51,412 bases of DNA. Origin: a virus. Taxonomy: Duplodnaviria > Caudoviricetes. The position numbers and the translations under genes are program-made. Location: positions 1 to 51,412 of the IMG/VR virus record IMGVR_UViG_3300023073_000001, one strand, 5' to 3'. Positions 45,744 through 51,412 of the stretch are shown piece after piece (within the stretch, counting starts at the first letter, position 1; each line of letters opens with the position of its first letter). Below the pieces are notes generated by a model that worked only from the letters and a program-made list of their open reading frames with translations, had not been told where the DNA came from and ran no database searches.

Positions 45744-45950
45744 TTAAGAACCTTCAGGGTCCTTAGCATGCTCTCGTAACTCTCTAGCAACGAGAGGAGG
45801 GAGACTGTCAATAGCTTCGGTTTCTTCTGCCGATACTTCTTCTGCAGGAATTTGTCTCCGAGCATCTGTAGCTCCTAATCTTTTCAAAGATTTACGGGAG
45901 GCTAACTTTCTACGCTCATATCTGTTCTTGGGGTGATGGAGTTTATTCAT
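45744..45950 (-). CDS. Hypothetical protein (overlapping alternative frame at 45626-45865)
   Basis: Start overlaps the upstream stop; which frame is real in the overlap is uncertain. Confidence 0.45.
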   Translation of the reverse strand: MNKLHHPKNRYERRKLASRKSLKRLGATDARRQIPAEEVSAEETEAIDSLPPLVARELREHAKDPEGS

Positions 45951-46104
45951 CGAACTCTAATGGTGTGATCTTTGGCTTCTCGATGAACTCAGTGTTGACT
46001 AAGTATACCAAAGCATCGGCTTCTGTCAAGTCGTTTAATTCAAGTATTTCTTCTAACGTATACGTATCTAGCAGATGCTCTGCTTCAGCGAGTTTAATTG
46101 ACGT
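45943..46104 (-). CDS. 53-aa acidic protein with apparent ACG start
   Basis: AGGA-ATTT-ACG then SIKLAEAEHLLDTYTLEEILELNDLTEADALVYLVNTEFIEKPKITPLEFDE; in-frame TAG upstream. Confidence 0.5.
   Translation of the reverse strand, partial: TSIKLAEAEHLLDTYTLEEILELNDLTEADALVYLVNTEFIEKPKITPLEFDE
46002..46029 (-). promoter_or_regulatory. Internal sigma70 promoter with extended -10
   Basis: TTGACA, 16-nt spacer ending TGG, TATACT. Confidence 0.6.
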
Positions 46105-46205
46105 AAATTCCTACTAGATAGAGTAGAGCCACAGTCCCGATAAAAGCAGCAATACAACCGGTCCAAAACCCATTGCGATATCCTTGAGCATATCCTTGTC
46201 GACTA

Positions 46206-46535
46206 TCACTTTCGTTTCCTTCTGACACGACGTTTCTTCTTTCTAGTCGGGACTATCCATCCCGGGTATTCTGCAGTCAAGTATTCGTAGGCGGCTCTGA
46301 GGAGGCTTGCTCCGCTTTCGAGGCGATGTCTTCCGACGACTCTACGATTGCAATACGTACAGAGTAGTCCCCGAATTGCCCCGGTACTATGGTCATGGTC
46401 AACGCTGAGTTTAACTTTGAAGTCTCCAGCAGGTCTTCTACAAACTGCACAAGCTCCGCCTTGTCTTTGCAATAAGTCTTCATAGTCATTCTCCGTTATT
46501 CCGTACTTACGTAGTAAGTGATATTTGCGTGACAC
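46206..46535 (-). CDS. Endonuclease VII (Holliday junction resolvase-like)
   Basis: YGIT...QGGACAVC...LSVDHDH...IRGLLCTYCN. Confidence 0.9.
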   Translation of the reverse strand: MSRKYHLLRKYGITENDYEDLLQRQGGACAVCRRPAGDFKVKLSVDHDHSTGAIRGLLCTYCNRRVVGRHRLESGASLLRAAYEYLTAEYPGWIVPTRKKKRRVRRKRK

Positions 46536-47423
46536 TTAATAATTATAGACGAAGTTACCGTGTCTGTCAATCTCTGGTATTGGAGTACGACGATCTACCT
46601 TCATCGGACGCTTTACGACCTTAGTGAGGTATCTTGGACCGTTAGCGTAGAGGAAGGTTCGAAGGTGTGGGAAACATTGATACTTAAACGCATTATAGCT
46701 TGCTGTAACGCCCAGTCTAACATTTCCGGACTCTCCGTCGGGTTCTGTTTCGCAAGTGCATTTCGGAGGTTGATCAAGAGCGATGATACTTCTAAAATGT
46801 CTGATTCGTTGTCTAATACTCTCTTCGCGCGCAATATGCTCATATAAACACAGATGTCCTAATGTTTTGTCGACGGCTAGTATGTAGCCCCGGTCCTTTA
46901 CCTCCACACGAGGGTCCAGAGCGGAGCCAACAACATACCCGTCAAGTTGATCCAGATAACCAAAACTGTCGCTCGTTGCGACAAGCTTTGCTTTGTATTT
47001 CTCGAATTGGCGACTGCTACAAGACTTGACATCCACGATAGCGCCGTCAATGATGCAATCTCTATGGCCTTTAACTCCATCAAGAATGATTTCATCTTGC
47101 TCTCCTGTGACTGTGTGGCCAGAGGCCTTAGCCATAGCGATTATAAGCGCCTCGAGGATATGTCCGTATCCGAATTTAATACGGACCCATCCGGGGAGTC
47201 GTTCCGCAGCCATTGGGGAATGTACTGAGTGCCACAGTTGGCACGGGCAGCGGACTCCCATCTGAGATAGACGGAGATTAGAAACTTCATCTCGGGGTCT
47301 AAAGCTTTCCACGAGACGGGATCCAACTTCTCCGCTAAACTCTTTAGACAAGTCATCGGTGAACCACTGCTCCTTCTCCAGCATCTTGTAGATGTCTGGG
47401 ATTAATTGTTTTATGTCTTTCAC
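46536..47423 (-). CDS. PD-(D/E)XK (Cas4-like) exonuclease
   Basis: LRLSQMG..CPCQLW, GHILE, GHRDCIIDGAIVDVKS, FGYLDQLDGY. Confidence 0.8.
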   Translation of the reverse strand: MKDIKQLIPDIYKMLEKEQWFTDDLSKEFSGEVGSRLVESFRPRDEVSNLRLSQMGVRCPCQLWHSVHSPMAAERLPGWVRIKFGYGHILEALIIAMAKASGHTVTGEQDEIILDGVKGHRDCIIDGAIVDVKSCSSRQFEKYKAKLVATSDSFGYLDQLDGYVVGSALDPRVEVKDRGYILAVDKTLGHLCLYEHIAREESIRQRIRHFRSIIALDQPPKCTCETEPDGESGNVRLGVTASYNAFKYQCFPHLRTFLYANGPRYLTKVVKRPMKVDRRTPIPEIDRHGNFVYNY

Positions 47424-47486
47424 GTAACTTCTTCGCTACCTTCTTTGCGAGAGAGATGTCTCTCTTCATTGCCTCGAGTTCGTCCA

Positions 47487-47807
47487 TTACTTCAACAGCT
47501 TGATCAGAAGCAAGAAGTACATCAGCGACATCACCTGCATCCCGAAGGTTACATAGACTGCCTGCTGGATTGGAGACAGCTTGTCCCAACCTTTCTTCTC
47601 TTCCTTCTTCTCTTCCTTTGCCTGCTGCTTCATCCACTTCTCATACTTCTCCTTGGTGTCTTCGAACTTCCGAAGCTGATCGAAGAATTCATCAGGAGAA
47701 CTCTGCTTCTTCTCCTTCCGGAACAGACGCTTAGGCTGCTTTTCGTTTCGGACCTTATCCATGTACTCCAGCAGTCCGACGATTTCTCCGTAATTGCTCT
47801 TAGACAT
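47487..47807 (-). CDS. Hypothetical protein with C-terminal TM anchor
   Basis: AGGAGG RBS; charged body and hydrophobic tail. Confidence 0.7.
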   Translation of the reverse strand: MSKSNYGEIVGLLEYMDKVRNEKQPKRLFRKEKKQSSPDEFFDQLRKFEDTKEKYEKWMKQQAKEEKKEEKKGWDKLSPIQQAVYVTFGMQVMSLMYFLLLIKLLK

Positions 47808-47819
47808 GACGTCCTCCTG

Positions 47820-49680
47820 TGAACTTGGGAGAGGCTCGAACGCGGCCTCCCCCGTTCATCTTCTTATTCATTAAGGGGGCCTTGGTTTTTGGTCACGGCA
47901 ACGAATTACCATGTCCGTATCTCCTGTGCGTCATACTGAGTTCACTGCTCTTTTCGCTTATCTGGCGAGGGCAACTACGTACAGCACAGCGGGTTAATAT
48001 CACCCCAACGGGGTCTGATGGACGAACTTGACTGGCGATGCATGGAGCCACAACCATGTAACGATCATTACGCTCGACGTCTTATACTTCCAAACAGCAT
48101 ATGCCTATCTTTCCGTTTCGGCGGTATGCCTTGTCAAGAACATCTATTGCCTGATTGGATTATTCCTCAGCGTCTCAAGTCCTAGACCCTAACGACACCT
48201 CAGTAGGTCTCATAACCCTACCCATGCCGGCTATAGGAGATGATTGCGCCTCCGAGACACCTGGCCTCAGAGAGTTACATCCAATCCCGCCTCCTGTGGA
48301 GACGTCTATCGCTAGGCTAGTGAACGACTACCTAGCTACAATCCAATGCTTCCGCTTGTCCTACCTACTGCGCTGTCTCCTACAGGGCGGGAGACGTTGG
48401 CATCGCTCTTACCATCTGGGTATTTGGGAAGAACCTTTCTCTGGTTCTGTTCTAGGTCAGACGCTGCAAGGTTCCACTTACAGACGACGGTAGAGTAGAG
48501 GATTGCAGTACTTCCAATCTCCAGTAGTACAGGTCCTGGGCTGCCTTCAGGGGTGTTCCTCGTAGCGCGGTCCCGGTCTTCCCCGGTGGGAAGGGTCCTT
48601 TGAAGCTAACTACGAACAGCTTGCTGCAGTACTATCAGTGCATCCCGTGGCCTGTGGAGGGGAGAGTATCCGTGGCTTAGGGGAAGTTCGCCTAGATCGG
48701 TCGGTGAGACTGCACCGGCTAACAGCTTACCCGTTTTATATACCGTCCCAAGGCTCTGAGTCCTTTCGGGCAGGATCGGTTGTTCGCACTTTTATCTAGA
48801 GCCTACTGCATTACGGCCTGAAACATAGATCGGGGTCGAACCGACATTAAGAGGATTGCACTCCCCTTGCGTATCCCAGACTTTTCCAAACCAATAGCTG
48901 TCGTGGTTGTTGCCTTTGTCTGACACCAGAGCCACCAGACCTTCTCTCGTTGGTTCTCCATCAATCTACTACGAGGTGTACCCGACAGCACATGCTACCC
49001 AAGCTCAGGAGGCATCGAACCTCCACACAGCTGTCCCTTGTCCCTCGCTGGATGTGATGATGAGGATTGTGGCATCATCCGAGGTGGTGTGTATCTCATC
49101 CAGAGGAGTTGTCTTTATTCCGCCACTACGTTACCGCTTCAGCTCCAAAGCCATTTAAGGCAAGATACGAATACTTTCGGTCAAATCCCATGCCTGGGTC
49201 AGAGCTTACTTTTCTGCCAACTTATCAGTTCAAGCTGGCCGCTACTCGGGTCCACAACCCGGCGCTACCCATTTGACTTACGGCTTTTTCTATCCCGGCT
49301 AATGAGGCCGGTGTCCTTTTCCTACATCTGTCGCTTGCACAACCTCCACCATGCTTGTCCAGTGTCGCACTGGTCTCCTATGGCATAGCTGATACCGAAG
49401 GAGTGTCCCTCGGACGTTGGCTTGACGAAGTCGGAAGTCACCTCCCGGTGGTGTCACCTAACGACAGTTCTTTTCAGTCCGGACAGACACTATGGACGTG
49501 TCTTGATGTTGATACCCGCTTCCTGAAGGCGGCTGGGGGAGGGTGGGGTATCCCCCTGTCCGGGTAGGTTTTACATTATCAACAATAGTAACTGGCAGAG
49601 GGTATACGTGTTATCTGAGGGGGTTGCCGTACCCCTCTGCCAGCCATGCGCTGAGCAGGAGTGCGGCCCTTGCTCAGCCA
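47820..49680 (-). ncRNA. About 1.85-kb structured non-coding island (large ncRNA or ncRNA array)
   Basis: No convincing protein gene; many nested stems and two T-loop hairpins (details in findings); strand inferred from flanking genes and T-loop orientation. Confidence 0.65.
48819..48893 (-). pseudogene. Degenerate tRNA-Cys(GCA)-like element
   Basis: T-arm GTCGG-TTCGACC-CCGAT; anticodon-like arm AAGGGGA-GTGCAA-TCCTCTT (6-nt loop); acceptor and D arms poor. Confidence 0.45.
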
Positions 49681-49686
49681 TTCCTA

Positions 49687-49932
49687 TTAGAAATCAAACC
49701 TCTTCATTAGCTGCTCTTGGGTACGCATCTCGGCGACCATCCCAGTGATCACGACAATCCCGAAGGCTGCCAATGATGCGAAGATTGAGATGCCAACAGC
49801 GGCCATAGTCCAGTCGAAGGAACCCCAGTTGACGGAGTGCCAAGTACCGGCGCAGATGTTGTGAAATTTATCGTAGCCCCAGTGTGCTTCAGTTTTGATG
49901 CACTGGGCGTAGTTGAGTACAATTGGGTTCAT
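49687..49932 (-). CDS. Membrane protein (81 aa)
   Basis: TAATG coupling to the SSB gene; one long TM segment. Confidence 0.6.
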   Translation of the reverse strand: MNPIVLNYAQCIKTEAHWGYDKFHNICAGTWHSVNWGSFDWTMAAVGISIFASLAAFGIVVITGMVAEMRTQEQLMKRFDF

Positions 49933-50450
49933 TAATGCCACAATGGTTCTGGCTGATCAACAGCCTTGTTTACAACAGTATACTCGTCACGGTTGAAGTC
50001 CTTCTGATCGTCAAACGGAACGAGGGTGTGGACGGTAGCACCAACCAGACGACAGGCCTTGGCTTTACCACCGTTAGGAACAGGATGTTCATAGAGTTCA
50101 ATCTCGAGTTCAACATCAGAACCATTTCCGACGTTGCCTTCATAGGGCTCCTTAGCTCCAGTCTCGGGGTTGACAAGTAGGACGTATGGCGGGCGGAAGA
50201 CGAGTACTTTCCCGGTTTTTGTTTCCTTCTTGACGGGACGGGTAAAGCGAGTGAAGTACTCATTGTCATCGTTCTTCTTGATGACATTCTTCACGCCTTC
50301 CGCTTGCCAATCTCGGATCTTGTCTAGATCCTCCCGGACGGGATAGATCTGAGTAGACCACTTATCGTATTTGTCGACTTGACGCAACCGAAACCATTCG
50401 CACTTACCACGAATAAAGTGTGTTTCTCTTTTATAGATATCAGTTGCCAT
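49932..50450 (-). CDS. T7 gp2.5-like single-stranded DNA-binding protein
   Basis: OB-type pattern with VGNGSDVELEIELY; located downstream of polA. Confidence 0.7.
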   Translation of the reverse strand: MATDIYKRETHFIRGKCEWFRLRQVDKYDKWSTQIYPVREDLDKIRDWQAEGVKNVIKKNDDNEYFTRFTRPVKKETKTGKVLVFRPPYVLLVNPETGAKEPYEGNVGNGSDVELEIELYEHPVPNGGKAKACRLVGATVHTLVPFDDQKDFNRDEYTVVNKAVDQPEPLWH

Positions 50451-50617
50451 TAGCGGATGACTTCCTTGATGTCATCGACGACAATCATCGCTGCTTCAGG
50501 GGAGTCTTCCTTAACCATTTCCATGATCTTAAACTCAGCGTCTTCCTTGTCGATAGCGTCGACAGTGTAGAAGCCTCCTTCAGGGATCATATACGAAACT
50601 TCAGCTTCATAAATCAT
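50450..50617 (-). CDS. 55-aa acidic hypothetical protein
   Basis: AAGGA RBS; MIYEAEVSYMIPEGGFYTVDAIDKEDAEFKIMEMVKEDSPEAAMIVVDDIKEVIR. Confidence 0.65.
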   Translation of the reverse strand: MIYEAEVSYMIPEGGFYTVDAIDKEDAEFKIMEMVKEDSPEAAMIVVDDIKEVIR

Positions 50618-50626
50618 AAGTATTCC

Positions 50627-51412
50627 TTAATGTGTTTTTGACCAATTGGTCGCTACAGTATAATCTTTGTCGTCATCATTCCAGTATGAACCAGCGAGAG
50701 GACAAAGCAGTTTAAGTTCCTTGCCGACTTCTTCGAGAGAGTCTGCCTGAAGTTTAGCTACCTGTAATGCTATCTTCAGATCGTTAGGAACTTCAGTCTG
50801 CCATTCGTCGTGAACAAAGTTTACTAGTTTGGCATCATAGTCTTTTAGTTTGTCGTGCCATTTCAATGTGGCACGTTTCATAACAACCGCTTCACCATTC
50901 TGCAAATAGCCAGACATGCAGAGGTGTCGTCTCGAGGCCATCGTGTCTCCAGGTATCCTAACCAGTCGACCATCCAGACCATTGAAATACCCTCGTCTTG
51001 CGTCGGCTGGTATCCTAGTCTCCTTAAGCCGGGCAAAGCCGTCGTATCTGCGAATAAGGCGTTGGTAAGCCTCATCCGCTTCATGAGATGTACATCCGAG
51101 TATTTCGGTAAGTTTTCCAGTGCCTGCGCCGAGAAGCAAGGCATAAATGTACCTCTTAGCAGCCTGTCGTGTTTTGCAAACGTCTCCAAGGATCTTTTGG
51201 TTAAGGCTGTGAGGATCACTTTTATCCTCCTTCTTACCTTCGACTAGAGCTCGGGTGAACTCTTCGTCATTGATGTAATGAGCAAAGATGCGGAGCTGAA
51301 TGCCTTCGGCATCTACGCCCACTAATAGACGGCCTTTGGGAGCCATCCACAAAGATCTTAGTTCTTTACCGTATAGCTTCTTCTTGCCAGCGGTGTCGAA
51401 CTCATTGGGAAT
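50627..51412 (-). CDS. polA: Family A DNA polymerase, C-terminal polymerase domain (continues from 1-1297)
   Basis: Motif A VGVDAEGIQLR, motif B RQAAKRYIYALLLG, YLQNGEA, motif C FVHDEWQ. Confidence 0.95.
   Translation of the reverse strand: MPNEFDTAGKKKLYGKELRSLWMAPKGRLLVGVDAEGIQLRIFAHYINDEEFTRALVEGKKEDKSDPHSLNQKILGDVCKTRQAAKRYIYALLLGAGTGKLTEILGCTSHEADEAYQRLIRRYDGFARLKETRIPADARRGYFNGLDGRLVRIPGDTMASRRHLCMSGYLQNGEAVVMKRATLKWHDKLKDYDAKLVNFVHDEWQTEVPNDLKIALQVAKLQADSLEEVGKELKLLCPLAGSYWNDDDKDYTVATNWSKTH
51286..51412. repeat. 127-bp exact terminal duplication, copy 2
   Basis: Identical to 1-127. Confidence 0.95.

Noticed and set aside
46536-47423. Cas4 as part of a CRISPR system
   Set aside because: No repeat-spacer array or other cas genes seen; solo PD-(D/E)XK nucleases are usual in phage replication modules.
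47353-47637. 94-aa minus-strand ORF
   Set aside because: Overlaps two better-supported genes in another frame.
48860-49150. tmRNA or RNase P RNA (GGAGCTGA start, GGAAAAGTCTGGG)
   Set aside because: No matching acceptor stem with CCA or tag frame, and no RNase P 3' P4 strand; only superficial similarity.
47819-49567. ORF-track entries within the island (47819+, 48155+, 48803-, 48907+, 49038+, 49067+, 49355+)
   Set aside because: Mostly antisense to the arm, weak or no RBS, atypical composition; treated as chance ORFs.
47820-49680. Group I/II intron, hammerhead or twister ribozyme
   Set aside because: No interrupted gene, and no domain V, P7 or CUGANGA/GAAA core found by eye; not excluded without cmscan.
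50627-51352. Truncated or split polymerase (241-aa ORF)
   Set aside because: Joins in frame with 1-1297 across the junction to give a normal PolA of about 651 aa.
1-51412. Prophage or temperate lifestyle; alternative genetic code
   Set aside because: No integrase, repressor or host flanks recognised; long genes are intact in the standard code.

Overview
The window is a complete, circularly permuted genome of a lytic podovirus, about 51,285 bp long; positions 1-127 repeat exactly at 51286-51412, which looks like an assembler overlap. The capsid and PolA motifs and the lack of an RNA polymerase point to a VpV262/SIO1-like (Zobellviridae-like) phage. The NYN protein and the COG5526-type lysozyme suggest an alphaproteobacterial host (inference). 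The early/replication arm is on the minus strand (about 16700 down to 1, continuing 51285 down to 44880). It encodes an NYN RNase, degenerate GATase-II and GGCT proteins, a primase-helicase, uracil-DNA glycosylase, a MoxR-type AAA+/vWA pair, PolA split across the contig ends, SSB, a PD-(D/E)XK exonuclease, endonuclease VII and an HNH nuclease. The morphogenesis arm is on the plus strand (about 16750-44730): terminase, portal, scaffold, capsid, several fibres/spikes, lysis genes, tail tube, internal virion proteins and an LPD23-zincin protein. The arms start at overlapping divergent sigma70 promoters and converge on a bidirectional terminator. The main unexplained signals are (1) a 1.85-kb, densely base-paired island at 47820-49680 with no convincing gene and two T-loop modules, a candidate novel large ncRNA or ncRNA array; (2) a non-palindromic motif ACCTGTCAT(C) found 14 times across the genome regardless of reading frame; (3) further structured intergenic RNAs and an antisense promoter facing the NYN RNase. 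All calls were made by eye; no database search or RNA folding was run.
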